A stretch of DNA of 64,000 nucleotides. Source: Camelus dromedarius. Lineage: Eukaryota. Of the stretch, positions 52,069-64,000 are shown one piece after another. The stretch is taken from NCBI RefSeq assembly GCF_036321535.1, contig NC_087438.1, positions 3,722,001 to 3,786,000 of the forward strand, given 5' to 3'. Made by a program: the position numbers and the translations under genes. How positions within the stretch are numbered: position 1 is the first letter of the stretch; each line of letters opens with the position of its first letter. The notes beneath the pieces are model-generated. The model saw nothing but the letters and a program-made list of their open reading frames with translations, was not told the DNA's origin and did not search any database.

Positions 52069-52412
52069 TGTCTTAAGTCAGTTTGGGCTGTTATAACAGA
52101 ATAACACAGATGGGGTGGCTTAAAAACAAGCATTCATTTCTCACAGTTCTGCAGACTGGGCACCCCGAGATCAAGGTGCTGACAGGTTCGGTGTCTGGTG
52201 AGAGTCTACTTCCTGATTCATAGGTGGCTGTCTTCTCACTGTGTCCTCAGGTGGTGAAAGTAGGGGGAGCTCTCTGGGGTCTCCTTATCAGGGCATCAAT
52301 CCCATGATGAGGGCTCCACCCTCATGGCCTACTCACTTCCAAAGGCCCCACCTCCTAGCACCTAACAGTGGGGATTAAGCTTCCACATGTCACAAACATA
52401 AAGCCCATTACA
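52069..52412 (-). mobile_element. MaLR LTR (MLT1A-type), nested
   Basis: TGTCTTAAGTCAGTTTGGGCTGTTATAACA...ATTTCTCACAGTTCTG...ATGAGGGCTCCACCCTCATG. Confidence 0.88.
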
Positions 52413-52449
52413 CACTCCATATATTAAATTGATCTGCCTTTGCAACCTT

Positions 52450-53555
52450 GTTGTTTTTGCTTTCTTATATAACAAAGTGAAACATACACATTATGCGCTT
52501 ACATTTAGTAAGTGTTAGCAATGGTACAGGCACCTATGTAACCAACATCCCCATCAGACAAAGACCAGTTCCCATTTCCCAGAAAGTTCCCTCGAGCTGC
52601 TTCCCAGTGCATCCCCAACTCCATCTCCAGAGAGACCACTGCTCTGATTTCTATCACCATGACTTAGACTGCCTGCTACTGAACTCCATATAAACGGAGT
52701 CATAAGTCATACGTGTGTATTCTTTTATGTCTGACTTCTTTTGCTTAGCATATTTTATCTAATCTCTGGTTGGTAGACATTGGATGGTTTCCAATTTGGG
52801 GCTATAATGAATAAAACTCCTATGAATATTATTTTACAAAGCATTTTCTTGTCACAGCCTAGTATTTCTCTTAGATACATGCCGTGGAGTGGAGTTGCTG
52901 GGCTGCATCATAAACGTATGCTTAACCTTATAAGGAACTTCCTATCTATTTCTCAAAGTGAGTGTACATTGCATGTATGAGAGCTCTAGTTGCTCCTAGT
53001 TCATAAGACCGATTGTCAGTCATTTAATTACCACCGTTCTAGCGGGTATGGAGCGGCACCTCACGGTGATTTTAACATGCCTGTCTTTTGTGACAAATGA
53101 TGTAGAGTTCTTTTTCATGTGTTCACAGACCAGCATGTATTTTCTTTGGTGAGTTGTCCATTCAAATATCTTGCCTACTTTTAAGATCAGGGTGTTTGTT
53201 TTTATTATTGATTTGCTGGAGTTAAAAAAAAGAACACACTCTGGACACACGTCTGCTGTCAGACACACACGTATTTTGAATATCTTCCCTGGCTATGTCT
53301 TACCTTTTCCTTAACTGTGTCTTCTGAAGTTCATAAATTAATAGTAGTAATGAAGTCCAATTTATCATTTTTGTCTTTTTCGGTTAGTGCTTTTGTGTCC
53401 ATAGTTATTATGAAGATGAAAGCTTACATTTTGCTCTAGAAGCTCTGTGGTTTTAGCTTTATGTTCAAGTCTATAAGCCACCTTGCATTAACTGTTTTAT
53501 GTAGCATGATACAGCAGTCAAGGGTTATTTATTTCTATTTCCCTGGCTATCTAGC
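52450..53555 (-). mobile_element. Old LINE-1 3' segment nested in the hAT fossil
   Basis: GACATTGGATGGTTTCCAATTTGGGGCTATAATGAATAAA and TGTCCATTCAAATATCTTGCC are L1 antisense motifs. Confidence 0.82.
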
Positions 53556-55944
53556 ACTTTTTCACATTTACTGTCATCCTTAACCAGAAGATATATGGTT
53601 TAGTTGCTCTGTGCATATATTAAAATTTTTTACATCTAATAATTAAGCTCCTGTTTTGACCAGTAAACTATCTCAGCCAGCTTGAATGCAGTTATGAATT
53701 ATGGATGCATTATAATCAATTTGAAAGTGAAATTCTGATTCATGGATTTTTATTTCAGTAAGAATTTTGCTTTTGCCATATTTTGTTCCACCAAAATTTG
53801 TATTCACATCATTACACAAAAATAATTATATGTTCAGTGTTAAACTTGTAACTGAATATACCAGAACATTAATAATAATGTTTCACCTTCATCAAAATAA
53901 ACTTCCAAAAGCTTTTCGGTGACTCCATGGATTGCGTAAAATATTTAACAATTATTGTAGTTACCTTGTTTTCTATTTGAAGCATCTGGTGAAACTGATA
54001 AAAAAAGAAAAAAAACTGCATCATTTAACTGTAAAGGTTTTCTGTCACGGAGCCAGCAAACAGATACTTCTTCACTTTTTGCCCACGCACAAGAAAACTT
54101 GGAACTGAGATTGGGAAATATTAATTTAAAGAACAGCCATTTGATTTAAAGTCAAGCTACTCAGAGTGAAAAGTAACTTCTGCAGCTTTTCTGCAGCTGC
54201 TTGTGTTAAGTTGTCCCCTTCAGGCATCATCTTGTCAAAATCCCTGATACTCTCCAGGAGGATTTTGTCTTTGACTTTTGTGTGGGCTGCGATGTCCCTG
54301 TGTCCTTCATGGGCACGTGGATGATAGATATTGGCAGACATGCAGTGCATGGTTCACATTTACTATCCACGTTCTTGAAAAATAAGAAATTTTCACCAAA
54401 CATGTACCTTTATTTTTTAGCTCTTTGCTGCTGAATGTGTTTAATGAAAAAAGTCAAATAAAATAAGCAGCTAATTGTGGAGTTTTATAAAAGATGGGGG
54501 AGCTGCAGCAGCAAGAGCGTTCAGATGCTCTGGGTCATGTGTTCTGCCTCTTCCTGCACCCCTTGTCTGTGATTTCCCACATTCACCACTCACCTGCTGG
54601 CGGTAGGCTGGTGACAGGATGCATCCTGCAAGCTTGGGCAAGCATGTGACGAGTAAATTGGCGAGTAAATCAGTGGACGGCAGGAGCAGCAGGTTTACAA
54701 ACGTTCCCATAGTGAGGAGAGAAGGACTCAGCTACCCCTGGTTGCCTGTATCTAAGCATTGTCATCAAGTGCCCTGCAGGCTGCCCTTGAGAGGAAGGCC
54801 GCGCAAATCTCACGCGCACTTTGGCTACGCCACGCTCACAGCCGCAACCATAAAGAAGAGCAGTACAGAGCACTTTTTACTTTATTTTGGTGCAACCAGC
54901 AATACAGATACTTTGCTAAACCCTGTAAAAGTTGAGACAAACACTGAATCAAATGGGAAGACAGAGCAATGGCCGTGGTCAGGACTTTCCCTCTCTAAGT
55001 GGGACACATGGCGACCCTACGTTGTCATGCTGCAGTTCCTGGCCCCTGCTGACACTTCATTCACCTCCTGATACAAACGCTCGTCACCCAGTTACCGGGA
55101 CCTTCATGTAAGCATGTGATTCATGCTCGCCTGCACTGCTAGCCTTCAGCTCTGCAGGCACAGTGATCGCAGTGGGTCTGATTCACCACCGGGTCCCTGT
55201 GCCTGGCAGGTGGAGGATGCTAAGTCCCGTTTGTTGAATGAATCGGAGTCATGAGAAGCAAAGATGCAGGAGGAGAGCATCTCCTCTCTGGGCTCGCAGG
55301 AGAGAAGGCGCCCCCCGCCCCCCGGAGAGCTGCGTGCAGTACACTTTGAGGGCGGAGGCAAGATGAACTTGCAGGTGTGTTCCAGGGACCAAGAGACATA
55401 TGTACTGAATGTCTGATGTTATTTAACTATTCTTTTTAGCTACTTCACTTCCACTTATTATTTGGTGATCACATTACATGAGTAATACTGAGTGCAGAGT
55501 GTGAGGTTCAAGGGGAAAATTGCTTCAAGAATAATCTAAATCCACCAGCCGCTTCTCTCCTATATCCCAACACACACACACACACACACCTGGCAGCGGG
55601 ATGACATTCCAGACATAATTTCAATAGATTTAATTACCACAAACTCTTTTCAAATTACACATACAGGTATAAATATATGTATATAAACAAATATGTATGT
55701 TTTCAAGTAAAGTTACTATGTGCTGCGGCAACAAATTCACTCAAATCCCACAAAATCAGATGTGGGCTTTGGGGACTGTATCTATTTGGGGAGGTACATA
55801 GCTTTGCCAGCCTTCAAAATATCTGTACCCCAAGTTTCAAACATCCACATGCTTTTCTAGGCCAGGATCACGGTTCACGTGGCAACAAAATTGCTGTGAA
55901 GACTCAGTGAACCGCTGGTCTGTTTTTTGTGGACATGTTCTCAC

Positions 55945-56300
55945 TTCCTTTCTAGACTGGCCGAGGAGAATTGCCCCGGACAGAGTTAAACAGGCAAAGA
56001 AGACTGTATTTGAGACTGTTGCAATGGGGGAGAGAGGTTGGCCTCAGCTCGGAATACAGCGAGGGCAGCTGGGGACCTCAAGTCCATGGGCTGAGTCTGT
56101 GGATGGAAAATCACCCAGACGAACTGGTTAGAAACCAGGGTGGGGGAGGAGCACCTTGATTGGATATCAAGGCTGGGGGGACTCTTGATAACCTGGCTTA
56201 GCAGGAGTCTTGCTAAAACTGGGCACAGCAGGCCAAGGACCAGGCCCAGCCTGGTCCAGGAGGGCGCCCTTGTCAGGGCACGGAGCTCGAATGCTCCCTG
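55945..56300. mobile_element. ERV-type LTR remnant
   Basis: GACAGAGTTAAACAGGCAAAGAAGACTGTATT...TTGCAAT...CTTGCTAAAACTGG resembles old ERV1 LTRs. Family not determined. Confidence 0.45.
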
Positions 56301-57659
56301 TTTCTTTGCTTTGTTACCCCCGTGTACCCTCTTCCCAAATGGAGGCTGCTTTGAGGTTGTATTGTGTTTTCACCCCTCAGTCTTTTAAAGTCCCACCTTT
56401 TACTCTTCAGAGTCTAGAAATAATCAGATCATCCCAGGCTGCAAGGGCCCCAAATTCTGGACTCAGAATTTTCTCTCACCTGTGTTTGCAAATAAGCTAA
56501 GTTTCTATGACTTATTTGTCTTTCCTGTAATACTTTTTTGAACCCAAGTGATAACTAAATGCACACTTTGCCCCTTTTCTGTTTTGTAAAATGGATCTCC
56601 CTTGTTTCAGCTTCTGGAATCAGATCCCTTGCCACGCACTGCTCTGCTGTTGAGCCAATGTCATGAATTTTCATTTTTTATTTCCGCAGCACTCCACCTT
56701 TGCACAAAGATTCATAATATTATGATAACACTCAACTCTGCTGTGGTAGCAGATAAATACTCAGGTGACACTGGTTTAATACAATGAAACTTTACGTCTT
56801 GCCCACAGGACACATCCTGCGCCGAACAGTGAGATGAAGGATGGCAGGTTGGGAGGGGTGTCAGCTGAGCTGGATTCCGCCTGCATGTGGCTGCTCATGT
56901 GGAGCCAACAGTCATGGTGGCAGGTGTGCAGGAGAGAGGACTGCAGTCTCGGGCTCCTGCAGGCCTCCGCCTGGAGCTGCCAGGCGCTGCTCTCACGCCC
57001 TATTGGCCAGACATGGCTACAGGGCCCGGGGAGGCTGGACGCTGGCAGGGGACCGAGAAGCATGGTGGACAGTTGATGTATCTACTACAGTAGGTTTCAA
57101 AAATATGATACATAAATAAACATACGTCAGTGTGCTCTCTACTGCGGGCTCACTCTGTTTTGAAATAACCTTTGTGTAAAGGCCAGATCTTGTCCATCAG
57201 ATGCTCATGTTTCAACACGGGCAGTAGGTTGCATTTTCTGAGGGTGGCCTCAAGAGAGTCTCCCGTTGCCATGACGTTGTCACCCTCCTCGCCTCTCACG
57301 ACAGCTGGCCCACACCTTGAGTCCAAGCTGGCTTCAGGGACTCACTTATCACCAAAGAAGGGGCAGGAGCGATACTGCATGACTTTTCTTTTTTTTTTTT
57401 TTCAACAAAGTCTATTCTAGGAAGAGCAACTCATTGAGAGATAAAATCATTTTAAAATGTACACATATGTACTGTTCTTTGTTTCTAAGAACAGTTTAGA
57501 ACTTTAGCTTTTTAAACTTACATAGTTATCAAAGGAATAAAACCAACCACAAAATAAGAATCAACAGAATGCAGTAATCCAATCATAAAGGAAAGTCAAA
57601 TGTGCTTACACACTTTCAAGAAATCAGTCAGTCAATGCATGACTTTCCAGAATAGATCC

Positions 57660-58010
57660 ATTCAGGATTTGCAGATATTAGCTACTATATTTACAATAGA
57701 TAAACAGCAAGGTCCCCCTGTAGCACAGGGAGCCATACTCAGTACCTTGCTCTAGCCTACAATAAAAAAGACTATGAGAGGGGAGGACATAGCTCAAGGG
57801 GTAGAGCACATGCTTAGCATGCACTGGGTCCGGGGTTTAATCCCCAGTACCTCCTCTAAAAAAATAAATAAATGAAGTTAATTACCACCCCCCACAAAAG
57901 ATAAAAAACACGCAAAGGAATATATCTGCGTAAATGAGCTACTATGCTGTACACCGGAAATTAACATAATATTGTGAATGGACTATATTTCAATTGAAAA
58001 AAACAAAAAA
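57660..58010 (+). mobile_element. LINE-1 3' UTR fragment interrupted by a vic-1-type SINE (~57780-57905)
   Basis: L1 3' UTR (AGATAAACAGCAAGGTCC..GTAGCACAGGGA) resumes after the SINE GGGGAGGACATAGCTCAAGGGGTAGAGCACATGCTTAGCATG. Confidence 0.85.
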
Positions 58011-59949
58011 AGGAATAGATCAGAAATGCCCCTGTGGCCTCTGCCTGTTTCTCTGGAGTCTTACTTTGGATGCTTCCTGCTGTGGACTATAGGTTTGCAC
58101 TCTTGCTGTGAACCTAAGCTGTGAACCTAACACTGCTCTCAAAAACTTTAAAGAAGGGAAGGAAGGAAGAAAGGGAAGGAGGCAGAGAAGTGGGAGGGAG
58201 GGGCCATCCTGGATGCCCAGCGGCCAGAGCAGCAGCCAGCAGCACGGGGAGGACCTTGCACCAGCCAGGCTGCAGGTGCTGGCGCTGAACCAGGGCAGGA
58301 GCCACTCAGTCCCGGTTCCTCCAAGACTGAGCCCTGGGCAAGAGAGTGAGGATCGGTGAGGGCCATGCGGAGGGGATCCAGGGCTATGGGTGACAGAGAG
58401 CACCTAATGAGGAGAAGGACAGGCGGACACAGGCCTGACGTCCGGACCATTACCCAGGCCTTTGCGTGAGGACAGGAGAAGTTCCTGTCGGACACACACC
58501 CTCTGCCTGTTTCCACCCTGAATGATGTCTGCCTTTCTAGTAATCCTTCACCCTTCAGCCTTTGGGATTACTTTCAAGTCAGAGCGTTTAGCATAAGAGG
58601 CACGTTCCGGGTCAGCCTGCACCAGCACCTCATCCCGGGAGCCCGAGGCGGGTGTGGCTCCAAGTGGGAATGTGGCTCTGCTGGCAGAGCAGCCCCGCTG
58701 ACCTGAGCGCCCCTTCTTTTCTGCTTCCTTCTCCTACTTCCTCCCTCCTCTCCCTTCCTCCCCCGTGCCTCTAATTCTTCCCCAATCCCTGCACTCCCTG
58801 TCACAAAGACTGCTGTGTGCATGATGAACGTCCCAGTCCTGGAAGGATGCACTCAGCTCAGCAAAGAGGCTAACGGGAAGGAAGGAGAGAAAGGAGGGTG
58901 AGAACAAAAACACGTGTACAAGTGAGGAGCTCCCTCCTGTGATCCCGAGAAGTAGACATCGGGGCTGTTCAAGAGTGAGGCCACTGGGGATGGACGGAAG
59001 GTGACGAAAGAAGGAGTGACTTACACAGCAGCTGATGGGAGGAATATTCTAGAAACTCAGTGCTTGGTAGATGAAAGGCTGCTGAGCAGCTCTGAGGAGG
59101 TGGGGGATCCAGATGGCATGAGTTTGAGGTAGAACAAAGGAGCGTGACAGAAACACTTTGGAGCTCCGAGCAGGACGTGTCGGGCGTGGGGACCTGGGTG
59201 ACGCGGAGCGCTAATCCACCCCGAGGGAGGCCAGGCACGTCGCACACATTTTCTCTGTGACCTTGTCTCGCATCAGAGGTCTCCCAGCCCATTCTCGCAG
59301 CTATTTGAGTTTCTCTATTTTTGCCATCTCAGCGAGTTCCATTAAGTGGCGAACGAGCCTGGAGCAGCACTTCGAGGGTAATTTCCTTCCTCACCAGGCA
59401 CGGTCACCGTGACTCCCTCGGTTTTGTACGAACGTTTGTATTTAATGACTCTCAGGGATCCAAGATGCCTCGCCTCACCGTGAAGCATCTAAAAATAGAG
59501 CTACTTTGGAAACAGGGGGTATAAACGAAACTCTTTTCCTAAATTAAACCCAGATATATTTCCGACCTACATTACAGTTTTGTCACACTGTATTTTTAAA
59601 CTCCCGTCCTGTTCCCCTCCCGTCCCCTCTGTCACCTCTGCCTTTGTCACTGTACACAAGCAAACCCTTAAACGTGAGACAGGCATTCACTCTGATACTT
59701 TAGCGGCTGCATAGAAATCACCCAGATTTCTCACTTGACCCTTGGATTTAGGCTTATGTCCAGATTTTTCCGAATAAAAAAGGTTTGGTCATAGACCTGA
59801 CGTCTCTCTTACTTCTAGTTCATGCTAGTTCACGCTGGCACTTAAACGAGAGGATTCTTTTTGCTTTTAATCAAAGGAATTGAAGGCTGTGATCGGACTC
59901 TTAGCAGCATCCAAGGAGATCAGTTCCCAGTGAGCAGGCCCTGCCATCT

Positions 59950-61100
59950 GGTTCCCACTGTCTGGGGACCCAGAGCTCACCGGGCACCCAGTGCTGGGCA
60001 GGGACGGGGTCCTGGGCAGATCTTCCGCGTGGGAGGGGGTTTGTCACCAGCCCCTCCCCCGGCCCCCGTGGCAGCAGAGGCCGTGCGTCTGGGTGGGCGC
60101 AGTCCTTCTGGAAGACCCGCAGGGCTGCCGCTCAGCTTGGCTCTGGGCTCCTTCTCCATTGGCCCCAGTGCCTTGGCCCCACGGAGAAAGGCAAGAGGCA
60201 GGGCGTGTGTGCTGCAGCACAGCATCTAGGGGTTTGCTGGGGGAGGGGGAGGGGGAGGGCACCCCGAAGCACACCGCGGAAGGCTCTGCAGAGGCGAGGG
60301 GCGCACGCACCCCTCCCTGACAGCCCGGGCATCAGCCGGCATCCCCACCCCCCAAGGCAGTGGAGGCAGATAGAAGCGTGGTCGTCCGGGCTCTTCGGAA
60401 ACGGCCCGTGGGAGCCCTGCCGCCCTGCCCTGCGCTCTCTGAGCTGCAACTCCGTCAAAACCCAGCCCAGCAGCCTTCACAGGGATGTGCGGCATACGCT
60501 CTGGTGTGGGAGTTTATTTCCCACCAGAGAGGGCTTGGCGCTGTGCCTCCCGGAGAGAGCCAGGAAGCAGAAGCCACGCTCTTCCCCTTCTGCAAAGCTG
60601 CTGGCAAGCAGGACCGAGAGGCGCTGCGGCCGCGGCTGGAGGCGGAAGGGGACGCCCCTCTCCCGGGCCCTTCCCGGGGACCCCGAGTCCCAGCTTCCGA
60701 GGCTGGGCGGGGGACCCGGGGCCACGGCTCTCCCACCACCACCCCTGCTCTCTCGCTGCAGAACCGTGGGGGGCGATGGCGCTGCGTCTGGATCCCCAGG
60801 CGGACCCGTCCACCTGCCCCATATTCGGCGGTACTTAAACACCCTCTGGGGAGGGTAGGTCACTGAGGACAGGGCTTGTCCTAAATCAAGTCAGCCTTTT
60901 CAGATACAAGCGAATTCTGAGCCAAAAGGGGGACCCTGAGACTCACGTGCAGAGAACAGGACCCACGTGAGCTCCCGGCTGGGGGCGGGGGGTGAGGGCT
61001 CGCGGGACGCCCTGTTCCGGGTTCACCGCCACGACCGCGTCTGAAGGGTTGGGAACAGGCAATGACCGAATATCGTGCTGCTCAGGAAAAGGCAGGGATT
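59950..61100. promoter_or_regulatory. CpG island (candidate promoter/enhancer)
   Basis: About 1.1 kb of visibly high GC and CpG density with GC boxes (GGGGCGGGG near 60981), in contrast to the CpG-depleted flanks. No recognisable repeat or gene. Confidence 0.75.
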
Positions 61101-61624
61101 TGAAATCGGAGAGCAGCCCCAATTCTGCCCCGCCTGTTGGGACCTGTGCCATCTCAGGAGACTTGTTGCCCTTTCTGAGCCTCAGTTTTTGCTGCCCTCC
61201 ATGGATAACAGGACGTGCTGGCAAGTTAACACGATAAATGGGAACTTCGTAGAGAAACGTGAGGCCCTCGTGCTGGTGCCTGAGTCACTGGAGTGGGCAC
61301 TTTAAAATTGATGGTAGCGCTGATCACATCGCCTCCAATCTGATTATTTCACCTTCAAATTTTTTTTTTCTCATAATAGTGACTTTTGGAGGTTTCTTTT
61401 TGAGGCTGGAAAGGAAAGGAAACAGGGAGAAACTGGGCCCTGAATCTCTCTAGTAATAATGCAGTGGATGGAGCTACAGGCCAGAAGTCTTAAGTAACAG
61501 GCTGGAGACCCCTCCCTGGCACTACCCAGTGACATGGGACATGGCGGGGCCTCCTCTCCCCTTCAGCCTCCCCAGGACCAGAGTGAGAGCTTCAATCTAA
61601 ACAATCTTTTATTATGAGACATCG

Positions 61625-61820
61625 ATTTAGAGGAGGGGCACCTAACCAGGATGATTTTGCCTCCCAGAGGCATTTGGCAATGTCTAGAGACGTTTTAGGT
61701 TGTGACAAGTGGAGGATGCTACTGGAATACTGTGCAGAGAAGGGGGTCCTAAAATGCACAGGACAGCCCCCATGGCAGAAGATTACCCAACCCCAGATGT
61801 CAGTGCCACCAAGACTGATT
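61625..61820. mobile_element. MER20 (hAT-Charlie) non-autonomous DNA transposon
   Basis: GATTTTGCCTCCCAGAGGCATTTGGCAATGTCTAGAGACGTTTTAGGTTGTGACAA...CCTAAAATGCACAGGACAGCCCC. Confidence 0.85.
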
Positions 61821-64000
61821 AGATGAAGTAAACACAGTGTGCGTGTCTGTGTGTGTCAAGAAAATTTATTCCAACGATACGCATGTCTTAGAAGTTTTGG
61901 AACTTATTCTTAGCTTAGGAAAAAACCAACAGGATAAAACTTCTGCACATTTTAAAAATAAATATCTTTTATTATGCCTTTCAGGAAAGGGCCTTATGAA
62001 ATCTGGGTGTGCATGGAAGATGCTAACATTTCAACCAAGTGTATCACCTGCTTCAAAGGTAACATGTTGTTCTTTGAAAGAAGACAAGGTATTTTTGGGA
62101 TACTATGGTTTGGTATTTAGTTTCAAGATTCTTATCTACTTCTCCCAGCTGGGTTTAATCTAGTTTTATTTGCCCATCTAACATATCGTTACTGAAAAAA
62201 AATAAATTAAAAACGGTATTAACTATTCCCGTTCTCCCTCCTCTCTTCCTTGTCTTCATATCATTGTGTAAGTAGGTCTGGTGATAATTAAGCTTCGTCC
62301 AGATGGAGGGGGGATCTCTACTAACAGAATTACCCACAGATGCTGCCTCAAATCCATCTGGCCGAGGGAAACACGACGCTTTGCTGTTCTTTAGGTAAGG
62401 CCTGTTTTGCTGTGGATACAAAGACATGCCTTCTTCTTAAGAGTACTCATTTTAATAAATGAAAATGCCCTGATCTCTCATTTTACTTATGCCACGTTTA
62501 GGACACAGAGGTCAGCCGAGAATGACAGCGCATCACACCGGAAATCCTGTGTGTGCGCAGCTGGCCAGATGCTAAGGGTCAGATGAACGATTCTCCCCCC
62601 CACTCTCTTCCCCTCTGTCTCTCTCTTCTCACAAAGATTTAGTTTTTCTCACATTTCTAGGAATAGGAATGATTTGGGGAGAAATCCAAAGAGGCAGATA
62701 CTAGTTTTGTGTTGTGCCTTCCTTTGGTTCCCCTCTAACGAGCATCTGGACTAACTGGACCCTGGGCTGTCCTTAGAATCCACCTTAGTCTCAGACTAAC
62801 CCAGGAGAGGCTGACCCTTTGCTCATTCCAGGGGATATCAACGTCTTTCTAGACCTTTCAGGATTCATCTCCTATTGAATCATTCCATCAATACTCTTTG
62901 AGTGTCCACCATGTGGCCCCTGTTGCTTTAGATTTTTCCATCCTAACCTATTACGTCCCCACCTGTATGATCTTGATAATTCATTTAACCTCTCCCCGTT
63001 CCAACTTCCCTCATCTAAAAAGAGACAAATGACACGGAAACCGACTCATTACTTAATGCACACGCTCCCTCTCACCACACACGCCACGTCTTTGGGTAAC
63101 AGTGGCTTTTCCGAGACCCGCACCAGGCTTATCCCGAGAGTCTGTGACATCGTACCCCTGGTGGACAAGTCCAGCCTATGAGCTGTCCTCCTGTCTTTGT
63201 TTTTCGTGTGGGTTTTGGCCTCCCTGTGAGTTCAGCTATGGGAGACATGCCTCCCTGAGCACGTTATGATATGGTGATCTTGCCTGCTGCCCTGTATTTT
63301 ACATAATCATTCTGGAATTTAATTCAAAACTTCTCCATGTTCTAAAATTAGTCTATCTCTTGTCTTATTTTTATACCTCTAACATGGCTGCCAACTTTTT
63401 GCTTGGCGTGAAATATGAGTTCAAACTGATATACCAGAATGGTATTAATTATAGCACCCCAAATAGTAACAAAAAGCTGCATTACGAAAATTACTGGTTA
63501 ACCACATACAAACAGTGCTTGCTGTCAGCTTTTTATAGCTAAAATTGGGACTAAGTTGGGCCCAGTTCGTCTTGAACAGTGATGATGTTTCAAACCGCTA
63601 TATCCTCCAAGAACCCATAATGTGAGTAGGTTAATTTAAAGACTTGAAGAGCAAGGACCATAAATGCAGGTCCCCAGGATGTGAGGTCAGGTTTCTGGTT
63701 CTGTCTGGAACACACCACCATTATTATGCACTTGGAGGATCAAAAAAGAAACACAATCTTATAATGCCACTGAGAGGAGTAGCTTGTTAAAATATTCAGA
63801 GCATATTGAGATACACTATAAATAACTAACTCTGCTTTTTTATTCTCTCATCAAGTTATAACAATAGCTGTGGTGCAATCAAGTAAAGTTTAGATTTTCC
63901 CAGTGATCTAGGCTTTTGACCCTGTTTTATATATAAATTTTTTTAAGAGAAAATTTCCTTTGTAAAGAAGGCTAATAAAATTCTGGGAAAAAAATTAATG

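Larger units (their letters stand above)
50265..55019 (-). mobile_element. hAT-superfamily DNA transposon fossil (Blackjack-type), near full length, interrupted by nested insertions
   Basis: Termini TAGTTTGATCA...CCATCCAAACTGGGACA (50265) and GGGACACATGGCGACCCTA (ending 55019). Minus-strand transposase motifs in order: KFSCAWAKSE, PDASNRK, CNDVNTNFGG, IIHNCIQ, and C-terminal LALSLLGVPASPGRIVSQLKTRW. Confidence 0.85.

Noticed and set aside
54126..54350. Domesticated (functional) transposase gene
   Set aside because: The frame is broken by stops and frameshifts, the putative catalytic Glu is substituted, and a ~2-kb nested insertion splits the coding region.
58155..58790. Purine tract (~58155-58205) and pyrimidine tract (~58712-58790) as an inverted repeat
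   Set aside because: Low-complexity composition only. I could not see specific long complementarity.
60205..60866. Overlapping 100-217 aa ORFs in the CpG island
   Set aside because: Present in all frames on both strands and rich in G/P/R/A, as expected from stop-codon depletion in high-GC DNA.

Overview
Non-coding mammalian genomic DNA, most likely camelid (alpaca, llama or camel), judged from several tRNA-Ala-derived vic-1-type SINEs. I recognise no intact protein-coding exon or RNA gene. The ORF track is consistent with chance ORFs and repeat remnants. The window is a mosaic of L1, L2, MIR, MaLR (MLT1), ERVL/MER21 LTRs and DNA transposons between unique sequence. The most informative structures are: (i) a near-complete hAT (Blackjack-type) transposon fossil at ~50.3-55.0 kb, with both termini and readable transposase motifs, split by nested L1/MLT1 insertions; (ii) an internally deleted two-LTR ERVL provirus at ~36.5-38.0 kb; (iii) a 5'-inverted (twin-primed) L1 at ~14.8-15.7 kb; (iv) a CpG island with no visible gene at ~60-61 kb; (v) several homeodomain-motif-rich unique blocks that may be developmental enhancers; and (vi) an unassigned coding-like GC-rich block at ~12.3-13.5 kb. 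I cannot support a claim of a new biological system here. Repeat family names come from recalled consensus motifs, not a database search, and most boundaries are approximate.
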